NCBI GenBank assembly: GCA_051362555.1
Contig: CM120644.1
Location: forward strand, 23,644,534-23,708,533
Length of the DNA stretch: 64,000 bases
Direction of reading: 5' to 3'
DNA from: Lingula anatina
Taxonomy: Eukaryota > Animalia > Brachiopoda
Part shown: positions 54,756 through 64,000 of the stretch, one piece after another
Numbering within the stretch: the stretch's first letter is position 1
How the letters are laid out: each line of letters begins with the position of its first letter
Program-made: the position numbers and the translations under genes
The notes under the pieces: model-generated
What the model was told of the DNA's origin: nothing
Database searches by the model: none
Seen by the model: only the letters and a program-made list of their open reading frames with translations

Positions 54756-56453
54756 CACTTGTCAGTTTGACAGTTTTGTCCATCAATTTGCTGTAGCATG
54801 CATTATTAAGTATCTGGCATGAAATGGAATGAAATCTACAGGTTGAGAACCAAAAGTACATGCCTGGATTTGATAGAATTGAACATTGGACATACTGAGA
54901 ATAGACCTTTCAACATGGACCAAAAGAATAGACCAGGTTTAACAATAGTTCTATACAAGGTACATATTCCTTGATTTTTTACACCTTGCAGAAAAAAAAA
55001 ATCATACGATCAATTTGTATGTAAACCAGTAGCTTGTATTTATGCCAGGAGATGGTTTGACTAAAAGAAAAAAAAATGCCCTACAAACTTATCACTGACT
55101 CAAAATTGCACATCAAAGAAAAATGTGAATTAAATTTATTTCAATGTCACTATGTTATATAGAATTTCAATTTTGTTACAATGAACTGCAATACCTCCTT
55201 TCATCAAAAAAGAAAAATAGCATTAATTTTGTGAAACAATACCAAATAAAAACTTCACTCGGTGCAACACTCCTGTAAACAAATAAGTGCAGGGTTGATT
55301 ACTTTGATTAATAAATGAAAAAAAAAAAATGAAATTAATATATTTAAAGGCTTTGGCTGGCATGCATGTTTAATTTCTATGTCTGCCATGCTAAGGTAAC
55401 AGATAAGTATCATCAATACTGAATATTCTGAGCTATAGTAAATGGTTATATATATCCTAACCACAACTAAGATCAATTCACTTGGTATAACTCAATCCAA
55501 TTAAAAACTTGGGATAATATTATAATAAAAAAATAATAATATCAATAATAAAATAACAGCCCATACAGGTATCAGCAAATTGGGACACTGTAAAAGAACA
55601 CTGATAAAACAGCTGTGTTAAATATTAAATATAGCACCATACATGGAAGTACGCATTCTAACCAATACAACCAGCATGCAAATTAATTAAGCTACTTCAA
55701 TCGTTAATCATGGTCAACAAAAGTCTTCACTGGAACTATGTGTTGTTGGGTTTCAGCATGCATACACGTTTTCGTTATACCTTCGTTGGCTCTGGAAACG
55801 CCTGGAGTTCCTTCTCCAACCTCCAGTCCTTGTGAGGAAAATAATTATTACCATGTCAGTAAACTACATTTGAACATTAATTTTAAATTCTCCAGGGCTT
55901 AATCATGACTTAGAACATTTGCAAAATGCTTAAATATGTGAATATATGAATATCATTAAGCATTTTTCTCTTCTTTACTTGCATATAAGTTGGCAATGAA
56001 TGCCTCTCATGTGTAGCCGTAATATTTCTTACTTAAAATCTGATGATTGACTATTTTCATGTGTTAAAGATTCTTACATCATCTCTGAAACATTTCAGTC
56101 TTATGAATGATATCAAAGTTTATAAACAAGATGTGAATCCAAAGTGAAAGTGACGGTGCTCAGTGTTTATATTCATGTCACAGGGGCGGATTTAGGCCAT
56201 CTTCTGGGTCTTCTGGAAGACGGTCAGATTTTCAAGTTTACACTGACGGGTATCCAATTTTTTTCTATCTGAAGACGGTCAAAAATGGGGGATGACGCAA
56301 CAAAGATAATTTGGAAGACTGTCAGAAAATATATCTGGATCCGCCACTGTGTCAGCAGATTGTGAGATTTTTGCCAAATGTTGCCTTAAGAAAACTTTTC
56401 TGTCAAACAAATGAAATAATAAGAAAGTAAAAAAAAAATGATTTCAGTTATGA

Positions 56454-56496
<43 letters not shown>

Positions 56497-57471
56497 AAAA
56501 ATCTTTCATTCATGGCAAAAATAATTACTGGCTTGTGGGTAAAAATCCAGCCATCATATTCTACATAAGAGCGCATCCAGTGGGCTAACAGATCTGCGGA
56601 TCAAATATTATGGCTGACCATCCTGAATGCTTGTACTGTAACCGGGAATCTATTCGGTGTGTAATTGGGAATTAAGTGACAAGTTTTTATTAGCCGGTCA
56701 CCATATTTGATCTGCGGTCTGTTAGACAGCTGTTCTGAAAGTGCTCTAAGGATGAATGAAACATACAACACTGTGATATGGTGATGTGATCATAATGTAT
56801 TGTGAGAGTGCATCCCAGACATGTATAACTTATAATAAATTATTCATACATATACATAAATATCAGAGTGCAGTGGTAAGATATTATAAATACTTGAATC
56901 AAGCAAAATCCATCCATTTTTATATGTTTTTGATAAATAATGTCTTGTGTGTGCAATGAAGGGGGGGTGGGGTAGGGGGGTGCAGTAACAGTTGTACTGT
57001 GTATTCCCATCATGATACCACAACTGGGGTGTGTACACATGATTATGTGCATTGCGAAGAGAGGCTTGAAAAAACACAGAATTGTCAAAATAAAGCATCA
57101 ATGCTGCTAAATGTTTCAGGATGCAAAGGAAGGCCAGATAGTGACAAAACTTCCCATATACAACCACACGGTTTATGTGTAACATTGTGACTTTGTCATG
57201 CATGGTACTTGTCACGAGAGCGCGCACACATGTACACATGCACATGTTCGTGCATGAGGAGTATACGACATAGAGTGATCTGTAAACCTTGCAGCTGCTG
57301 CCATGGTAAACTTGTATTGTTATCTAAAGCCTGGAGCTGTGCCAATGTATACCCAAGGTCTCTGAACTGGGAGCGGAATAAACTCTCGCCTCCATCTCCG
57401 ACTGTGATCAGAACGTAGCAGCAAGAAAATATAGCATATAATGATATCTGTAAAGGTGTCAGGATGTGAAC

Positions 57472-57510
<39 letters not shown>

Positions 57511-57857
57511 CACATGCATGTGTGTGTAGGCGTGTCCTTGTGACATTCTAAGTGTTCCCTTTTGCATGTGTACAAACAAATCTATAGCAGTATATGGCTC
57601 TATTTCCATAGATTTTAGATCGATCTATCCCCGCGGGGAGTCTCACTAGATTACTTTCAGATAATCCGACTTAAATGTCTGTCCCGCCTACTACAAGCTG
57701 TAAGGGGGTAATTAACTTTCGTGTCTGCTCGGCTGACAGCTTTTTAGCGTGAACCCCCAGGGAGTTAGGTCGATCTAAAGTAGGTCGATCTAATCTATGG
57801 AAATGGGGTGTATGTCTGCATGTGTATGACTGCTATATTAAATGATGGAATTTGCAC

Positions 57858-57888
<31 letters not shown>

Positions 57889-60800
57889 TGTGGGTGCATG
57901 CACATGTGCTGATAAAGTCACCATTGTTTGATTGCAGTTCTCTTTGTTTGAATCATCTCCTACATGTCTATGATTATATAAAATAAACCCATGAAATGCC
58001 ATCTTCATCAGAAAAAAAAATGATATCATTCAAAGCTTGATGACCTATGACCTTGTTGTCATATTTCATTATCTTCAAAGTGAAATTTAATGTTTTCATG
58101 CTGTTATATCCATTTTGTCATACACAATACTATCTGATGATTTCAACCACATGCTTTTTACTGGCACCCATGCAAAACTTAATGCTTTGTCAATGTTTAC
58201 ATCTACTAGTACTTCTACTAAATAAATATCTCTCTGTTCATCCATCATATAATATTTATATAATACTTTGTATAAATTGCCTTTCATGCTGCAACTAAAT
58301 TTAGCACATGCTGAAGCTGTTAAAATTTTAATTCTACACAAAACATTCTGTAAAATATGCTTTAGAGAAACATTTGGAATCTATGATCTCAAAGCATATA
58401 AAAGAACAAGAAAATATTGGATAATGAAAAAAAAAAAACAGCATGGATAACTTTCAGAAAAATTTTTTGAAACATTCCAAATGATCATTTTATTTTTGGC
58501 TCAGACTATGAATTTAAATTCAGTATATCTTTTAGTGTTAACATATCTTCATTCCTCCAAAAAAATTAAAACTTACAGTATAAAATTTAAAAATTTTGTG
58601 TTCTCATGTATATATTCCCCAAGTTAGAGGACATAGAATTATCCAACACTTACCTACAGAGGCGAAGTTATCGAACCTTTTCTGTGTAACATCAAGCTGC
58701 TGTATGATCATCCACCCGAGGACATGAGGGTTATTAAACATGGCGGCATGGTGCGCTAGATAAAATCCCTGGTCGTCAGGTTTTGACAGCCGAGGGATGG
58801 GACAACGCCGGAGAAGACCGTGGAAGGCAGCCACCAACCCTCGTCTGGCAGCCTCTCGTAAACCAACCTGGGGGGTCTGGGTAATGGAAAAGTTGAAAAT
58901 TGTCATAATAACTGAAATTTTATTTTTCAAAAATTAATCTTATCAATTTTATCTTATTTAAATAAAAGTATAATTGTGTAACAGCAAATAAAAACTATAT
59001 GAATTTCAAAATATCTATATTATTATAAATAGGCATGTGTTTATATTGAAAACTTTATTAATTCCAACCAACAAAAAGTTGACTCCATCTCCTAGAAAAT
59101 ATCTACTCATGGAAGTATGTAAACAAAGATCAAGCTCAACTATCACCAACACATATTTTATCCCCTTTTATCTGCTTTAACACCTTGACCTACTTTTTCT
59201 GTTATTCATTTATCTTATTTCTCTCTCTCACCTTACACTTCATTGCCTTTTTATAACCAAAATACTTCTTGAAGTACTCAAACACTTGGTGCTCAGACAT
59301 AGGAGGACGCTTCATTTTCAAGTCACGGATTTTCTCCGACATCACGTTGACCCATTTCGGCTTCTGAGGCGGGACAGGGTGAAAGGTCTCGAAGTCCAGA
59401 GCAAAGACGTAGTATCTGTAAAAAAATGATAAAAAACAATGTAAAATATGTAATCTTTCTCAACATTGCTGTTCACAGTAATAGTAAGGGGGAGGGTGTA
59501 AATTATCATAGTCCACACACAGATGTGGTATCTGAATTAGAACTGAAAGATGATAACAATGAAAGCTTACACATATACATGTATCTTGCCCACTTGCATA
59601 GCCATACCACTCACTTCATAAAAAAAAGGGAGGAGAAATGTTGACAGAGAACTTATGCAACTTATGCATTGTCAAATTGCATCAAATAATTATCTGAAAA
59701 GTTCTCTCATATGAAGTAAACTGTGCTATTTCATAAGTAATCATAATTTGAATGAATGAATAAAATGTGACCTTTTAAAAGTGACTTAATTTCAATGAAT
59801 AACTGCCTAATGAAAAGCTAAAAATGTAACTTAAGATCATATAGGCAAAAAATATGACTTTATTAGAAATATACTAGTACCTTTTCCCATCAATCTCCTT
59901 AATAGGTATGGGATAGAAGTCTGTCACAGGAACATCTGGGTCGAGGATTTTGTTATTGTGAGCAATGGCGGCTTCCATGAGCGCCTGCGTCTCCTGCTGG
60001 ATGGCTGACGGCAGCGGCTCTGGATTGGACGTCTCGTATGCAAACTGTATACCTGGTGATAATAGGATTCAGATGATGAAAAAAAATGAAAAAATAAACA
60101 GAAAGATATTTAACATAATTACTAAAAAAGAAAAAGAAAATAATAAACATAACAACCCCACTGCACCAAGGACAGGACGACTTAAGTTTTAGAACTATAA
60201 GAAATTCAGTTTAAGACTTTTCAAGCAGCAATGATGAAATTAATCCAATATAAAATGTTAATCAAAATAAATAAAGCGTTCGTTACATAGCTTACCTCCA
60301 TGAAGGTGGAAATACTGATTATGGAAACCAAAGTTCTTGCACTTGTAGTCATTAGTAAGTATAAGAGGGGGGAGTTCTCTCTCTGTCCTAACCTCATCAC
60401 CTGATAGGAAAAAAAATAGAAAAACTATGATCACCATCAATTTTCTACATTGGACATACATTTTGACTGTTCTTTTTGTATTAGTTTTTTTAATTATTTA
60501 TTTTCTACAAATGTCATTCTCAGACTTATTTTTAACATTATATATGATTTGATTGACCCTTACATACTTTTTAGTTACCATATATTTTTATTGTTATTCT
60601 AACATGTATACATTCTTCAGGCCTACAGGCCAAATGGAAGACTGACACATTTAAAACTATACAAAACTGTTTATTTCTTTCTTCTTATGTAATTGATTTG
60701 ATCAATATGAATTTATTTCTCCCCAAAAAAGAAGTTGCTTTATACTGAAACATGTTTATGGAAAAGTTTTGCAAATTTAGCTGACTTAATGTTAGAAAGT

Positions 60801-61561
60801 ACATAGTTGTGAATATCAGGAAACCCTCATTCTTGGAGAATTGAAATACTAGTAGTACTTAGACTCCGTTCACATGGAAAGTCTATTTTCTAAAAATCTA
60901 TTTTCTATTCGCGGTATCTTGTGATCACTCCGAGCGCAGCCGAGAATTACAGCTTTGGAAGTAACTGGCTCATGCTGCCAGTAATAAAGCTGCGGGGTAT
61001 TCAGGGCACAGACTGTGATTACAAGATACCGCGAATAGAAAATAGATTTTTAGAAAATAGACTTTCCATGTGAACGAAGCCTTAAACAAAGTGTGGTATC
61101 TCAAAAAGTAATTACTGTACTAGTACCTGTCATGTTGGGCAGTAGTCGGGTCAGATCAGGAATCTTCATTCTCTTCCGCATTGCACACAAAAATGGCACC
61201 ATGAAGCTGATAAACTTGAGCAACTTGAGCTGACGCTTAATCTCAATTTTATTCCCCAGGGACTGCTTTATCACGATCTGCTGGTTCCGCAGCCGTGATT
61301 TAAGACGCATGTAGCCATCGTGGTCCAGCACGTCTTCTGCTAGCTTAATCACACTGCTGACGGACCAGTCTGCGTCAATGAGGAAAGTGCAGCGGTCCTG
61401 ATAGACCTTGTTCTGATAGCCAGTCATCTGCATCAGGATATCGTCTACATGACTCATGAAGAAACGTTTGTCCTCCATGACAGTGACGTTATTTTGGTCT
61501 TCCTCTGGCATGTCTTCGTAGGCCTTGGAGTAGTCGGGATCTTTAGTGATGTCCAACATGC
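43765..61561 (-). CDS. ANKAR: Ankyrin and armadillo repeat-containing protein, multi-exon gene, 5'-incomplete (about 1250 codons in window)
   Basis: 21 exons joined by hand with GT-AG sites and matching phases. Ankyrin repeats (GPTPLHLAARCG, GWAPVHHAAFFD) are followed by ARM repeats. Segments VKEQGATALWALAG, AAFQIVVLARVI, SLAHTRAGIPDA and VGLPSQSLEINGGPPIIP match vertebrate ANKAR as I recall it. Confidence 0.93.
44278..44406 (-). CDS. ANKAR: ANKAR exon, low-complexity tail (GNRPYTTHSFRR...SAAQD)
   Basis: TTTCAG|GA acceptor, GATG|GTGAGC donor, 129 nt, phase 1-1, GC-rich. Confidence 0.8.
45491..45543 (-). CDS. ANKAR: ANKAR exon (SLEINGGPPIIPHNIVRD)
   Basis: TTTCAG|C acceptor, GATG|GTGAGT donor, 53 nt, phase 2-1. 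Confidence 0.88.
45616..47295. mobile_element. Intronic non-autonomous DNA transposon with 7 bp TSD, 1680 bp
   Basis: Perfect TIRs CAGTGTATGAAAT / ATTTCATACACTG, CCAATGT on both flanks, subterminal GGCCGGGC/GGTAAC repeats. Confidence 0.9.
47433..47739 (-). CDS. ANKAR: ANKAR exon (GSFMASLAHTRAG...VGLPSQ)
   Basis: CTTCCAG|GC acceptor, AGAG|GTACTG donor, 307 nt, phase 1-2. Confidence 0.93.
48181..48298 (-). CDS. ANKAR: ANKAR exon (IVVLARVIVDID...NTVILA)
   Basis: CCACAG|AT acceptor, GCAG|GTATGG donor, 118 nt, phase 0-1. Confidence 0.92.
48520..49278 (-). repeat. Tandem array of about 8 copies of ANKAR exon end plus splice donor, spaced by (TG)n and poly-G
   Basis: ACAAGGAGGACTGGCAGGCATTTGCTGCYTTCCAG|GTA, with copied exon ends at 49194, 49089, 49007, 48918, 48825 and 48725, and degenerate ones at 48630 and 48541. 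Confidence 0.95.
49279..49437 (-). CDS. ANKAR: ANKAR exon (NIRLKAGMALAVFAFNN...WQAFAAFQ)
   Basis: TTTCAG|AA acceptor, CCAG|GTACTG donor, 159 nt, phase 0-0. Confidence 0.92.
49694..49923 (-). CDS. ANKAR: ANKAR exon (GVAHRNNK...LLVSKKM)
   Basis: CTCCAG|GC acceptor, AATG|GTAATA donor, 230 nt, phase 1-0. Confidence 0.92.
50090..50332. repeat. Compound (GA)n/(GT)n microsatellite
   Basis: Direct observation. Confidence 0.95.
50361..50522 (-). CDS. ANKAR: ANKAR exon (GCRAVIALSRE...LGTLCV)
   Basis: TATAAG|GT acceptor, GTGG|GTAAGG donor, 162 nt, phase 1-1. Confidence 0.92.
50904..51057 (-). CDS. ANKAR: ANKAR exon (VWSVSVKEQGATALWALAG...EKLQFV)
   Basis: CCATAG|GT acceptor, GTAG|GTATGT donor, 154 nt, phase 0-1. 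Confidence 0.92.
51412..51562 (-). CDS. ANKAR: ANKAR exon (RPLVNLIKGRG...LTKFFK)
   Basis: CTGTAG|G acceptor, TAAG|GTTAGT donor, 151 nt, phase 2-0. Confidence 0.92.
51803..51896 (-). CDS. ANKAR: ANKAR exon (DILQAAASAAIAALCRG...EGAV)
   Basis: TTTCAG|AT acceptor, TCAG|GTGCTT donor, 94 nt, phase 1-2. Confidence 0.9.
52235..52648 (-). CDS. ANKAR: ANKAR exon, ARM repeats (GGVSALVELLK...VEFLTVNS)
   Basis: TTACAG|GT acceptor, TCAG|GTGATA donor, 414 nt; GGIQPLVNLL and GGIEPLVEFL ARM motifs. Confidence 0.95.
52946..53191 (-). repeat. Three extra 79 bp tandem copies of ANKAR exon end plus splice donor
   Basis: GCAG|GTAGGTA exon ends at 53192 (real), 53113, 53034 and 52955. Confidence 0.95.
53192..53296 (-). 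CDS. ANKAR: ANKAR exon (GMMKNEDIKKK...WQSVLKA)
   Basis: TTCTAG|GA acceptor, GCAG|GTAGGT donor, 105 nt, phase 1-1. Confidence 0.9.
53833..54041 (-). CDS. ANKAR: ANKAR exon (DLRSPPLLLAAGAG...PVWDLLV)
   Basis: CTTCCAG|T acceptor, GTAG|GTATGT donor, 209 nt, phase 2-1. Confidence 0.92.
54447..54651 (-). CDS. ANKAR: ANKAR exon, ankyrin repeats (GPTPLHLAARCG...LPTKN)
   Basis: TTTCAG|GT acceptor, ATGA|GTGAGT donor, 205 nt, phase 1-2. Confidence 0.93.
55781..55828 (-). CDS. ANKAR: ANKAR micro-exon (GLEVGEGTPGVSRANE)
   Basis: ACAAG|GA acceptor, GAAG|GTATAA donor, 48 nt, phase 1-1, GC-rich island in an AT-rich intron. Confidence 0.6.
56181..56349. mobile_element. 169 bp hAT-like MITE with 5 bp TSD
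   Basis: CAGGGGCGGAT / ATCCGCCACTG ends, TGTCA on both flanks. Confidence 0.88.
57288..57401 (-). CDS. Candidate in-frame cassette exon of ANKAR (VGDGGESLFRSQFRDLG...WQQLQ)
   Basis: CACAG|TC acceptor, CAAG|GTTTAC weak donor, 114 nt, phase 1-1, no stop; no recognised homology. Confidence 0.35.
57596..57810. mobile_element. Small MITE
   Basis: ATTTCCATAGATT / AATCTATGGAAAT inverted ends with TAGATCGA/GTCGATCTA subterminal repeats, TAT flanks. Confidence 0.7.
58654..58876 (-). CDS. ANKAR: ANKAR exon, first ankyrin region (TPQVGLREAARRG...FDNFASV)
   Basis: Open frame with GFYLAHHAAMFN. Donor GTAG|GTAAGT. An alternative in-frame acceptor 9 nt downstream (58867) is possible. Confidence 0.88.
59232..59415 (-). 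CDS. ANKAR: ANKAR exon (RYYVFALDFETF...FGYKKAMKCK)
   Basis: TTTACAG|AT acceptor, TAAG|GTGAG donor, 184 nt, phase 2-0. Confidence 0.88.
59881..60052 (-). CDS. ANKAR: ANKAR exon (GIQFAYETS...KEIDGK)
   Basis: CCAG|GT acceptor, AAAG|GTAC donor, 172 nt, phase 1-2, open frame. Confidence 0.85.
60296..60400 (-). CDS. ANKAR: ANKAR exon (GDEVRTERELPPL...YFHLHG)
   Basis: ATCAG|GT acceptor, GGAG|GTAAG donor, 105 nt, phase 1-1. Confidence 0.88.
60862..61081. mobile_element. Harbinger-like MITE, 220 bp with ~67 bp TIRs
   Basis: GACTCCGTTCACATGGAAAG... / ...CTTTCCATGTGAACGAAGCC, TTA duplication. Confidence 0.9.
61127..61561 (-). CDS. ANKAR: ANKAR exon (GMLDITKDP...LLPNMT)
   Basis: TTCGCAG|GC acceptor, ACAG|GTACT donor, 435 nt, phase 1-1, open frame. 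Confidence 0.85.
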
Positions 61562-64000
61562 CTGCGAACGTAGAGACAGAAAACATGATCCAAGCATGAT
61601 TAACAGTGGATGTTAAATATCCCATGCCATTTTCTTTCACATTTTGTTAATTTTCACAGCATCAAAATTAATCTTAACGGTTTAAAAATAAGAACACAAT
61701 ATATATGTAAAACATTGTTTCTATATTATGGCATGTAAGGCAAAATATCCACTGAAACTTTTCACATTATGACATGAATATATATAGGGGCTTGTATGTT
61801 CATGAGCATGTATCAGTGCCAGTACCTCTGCACACACGCACATGCCATACTAGATACAAGAGGACAATTTGACCTATCACAATAATGTGAACATCAATAT
61901 ACTAGTAACTATAATGGCACCACTGATTTATTTTATAGAGAAATTGTATTACTAGTTCCTTCATAAAAAAAAAATGAATAAAAAAAAATAATAATAAGAG
62001 AATTATTTGCAATTGTGGACTTAAAATAAGCCAGTACTAGTACTTTAGTCTAGGTCCAAATGCTGTATATGGCTAACAAAATTTGGACCAACTGCTAGGT
62101 AAATTGATCTTAGTTTCTACAATAATCTTAATCTTATTAAGCAGCTTACTTGCAAACCTTAAACCCTTCTTGGCTGCAAGAGGTCTTGTTGCTAGGCAAC
62201 ATGTAAATACAACATAATCCTAGACTAAGTTTACTTTTAATTACTGTGACAATATTAATACAAGGTTGTCCAAGTCTATGTAACCCTTAAAATCTATAAT
62301 ACTCACTGGTTACATGTCTGTTTCATTATCAAAAACTTGAAACAAAAATTAAGACATTGAAGTCGGTTCTTATTATTATAAATTTTAATTAAAATCATTT
62401 TCTATTTTTATTTATTCATTTATTTGGCTTTAACTTTTCACCTACTAGTATTTATTTCTAATTCTATATAATAAACCATTTCTCAGTACCCGTAAACAAC
62501 AGTGCTGCTTTAATTTTCAACTTAAAAATGTAAAACTGCTTGTCAGTGAATATGTTTCACAAAGAGATTAATTAGAGAAAGGAAATATTGTGGCTTTATG
62601 TTTCATGAAAGGCATGGTCAAAGTCAAATAGTTCATGTAGGTTCATTATTAAAAGGTTCAGTGATGTCAACATGTAAAATCCATCACAAAGATGCCAAGA
62701 ATTTAATTAACTTTTTATAAATTATTAATCTGGCAATGATTAAGATCAATCAAAATCTCAGTTAACTCTATGTTCATATACGGGGTATGAACAAAGTTCA
62801 GACACACATGGTCTTTTTAATAAACTAAACTTAGTCTAGTGAACTTTTTTTATATCTTCATTTATTTAAGAAAATCAAACTTTGCATCACAAATGACGAA
62901 AATCACACTGGGGATGACATTTCTTAAATGAAATTATGCATTTTGCCTAGAGTCCAGATTTAAATGTGTTGCTAAAATTATTAGTAATTTTTACTTGTTT
63001 GTTTACTAGGGCTGCTATGGATTGATGTAGAACTGAAGTAGATTCAAAATCTGGTCCAAAAATTTGAACCAATTTTCAGGATACAGTTATTTTGTAAAAT
63101 GGCCCCTGGCATCTGAATGGACCATTAGCCTAAACAGTTAAATAGGTGGACTGTTGTATTATTCATATTCAATTAGGAGTTTTAAATTGATCAACAGAAC
63201 AGGTGTCACTGTGCCAGTGGACCTTTCCTCATAAAAATTCATTGGCTGCCGCTTAAAATGATCTTAATAAAGAAGGAAAATGACTTGTGCAAACATTAAG
63301 ATGTGATATATTCCTTATGTCAACACATAAAGTTTTGTGTAAACAAACACTGCTTTGCAACTGAAAGTTAAAACTGCATTAAGTCAAGGGACAGATTTTA
63401 CCCTCGTAGATCTCTGTTAAAGCTTTGCGCAAGTTTAATGCGACATGCAAACACATTTCAGGGGTTTAAGCAGCATTTACTGTATAACACTTCAGAAGAG
63501 TCCCCTTAGATTTAACAATATCAGTTGGGCATTAAACTGTTCAAAACTTAAGTGGGTTTCTGGTTATGCAAAAGTCACTAGAGATAAATAATTATAAACT
63601 ACTTATAAATGCAAGTACAGTATCAATAAAAAATTTAAAAAAAAACAAAAAATAAAAAAACAATGCCCAATTATCAAAAGCTTCTTTTTTCAAGTTTAAT
63701 ATTTTTAATTAATTTACTTGTCTAAAAATACAACTTCCAAAATAAGCCAGGAATATTTTCAAAACTAATGAAGTAACACATTTTAAGTACATGTGAATCA
63801 ACTTTCTATGAAATATCAGCGATGTGCACTTTGTCACAAACCCTACCAAACATGATTAAGAAAAGTTTTTTGAGTTCTTAATTTGAAATATTAACTCTTC
63901 CTCCAAGCAGAATTCATTGGAAATGGCTCAAAATTTACTAGTAGAAAAATCTAATTTGAAAACCAGTTTCTAGACAAAGATCTATTATTTCCATGATATT

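Noticed and set aside
55256-55272. Possible ANKAR micro-exon after TTTACAG
   Set aside because: No donor in a compatible phase
61600-64000. Additional upstream ANKAR exon
   Set aside because: No credible open exon with a phase-compatible donor found; treated as intron

Overview
AT-rich eukaryotic genomic DNA from a metazoan, probably a marine invertebrate such as a lophotrochozoan (inferred from repeat content and gene structure); it is not prokaryotic. The right third (43765-61561, minus strand) holds about 21 coding exons of an ANKAR orthologue (ankyrin and armadillo repeat-containing). I assembled them by hand, with GT-AG boundaries and consistent phases, and the 5' exons lie beyond the window. 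The left two thirds are decayed mobile DNA: (1) a Polinton/Maverick remnant with tandemly amplified integrase cassettes and an adenain-type protease, bracketed by an inverted repeat; (2) an ankyrin pseudogene fragment; (3) a Tc1/mariner transposase remnant; (4) a 5'-truncated APE-RT LINE interrupted by a TTAA-flanked Kolobok-like element; (5) Harbinger-like and hAT-like MITEs, a solo LTR and Helentron-like elements; (6) a ~6 kb tandem segmental duplication. The most unusual signal is two independent tandem arrays in ANKAR introns. Each unit repeats the 3' end of the upstream exon together with its 5' splice site, and the copies differ from the exon mostly at synonymous positions. I found no intact novel multi-gene system. 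All homology calls come from motif recognition, not database searches.
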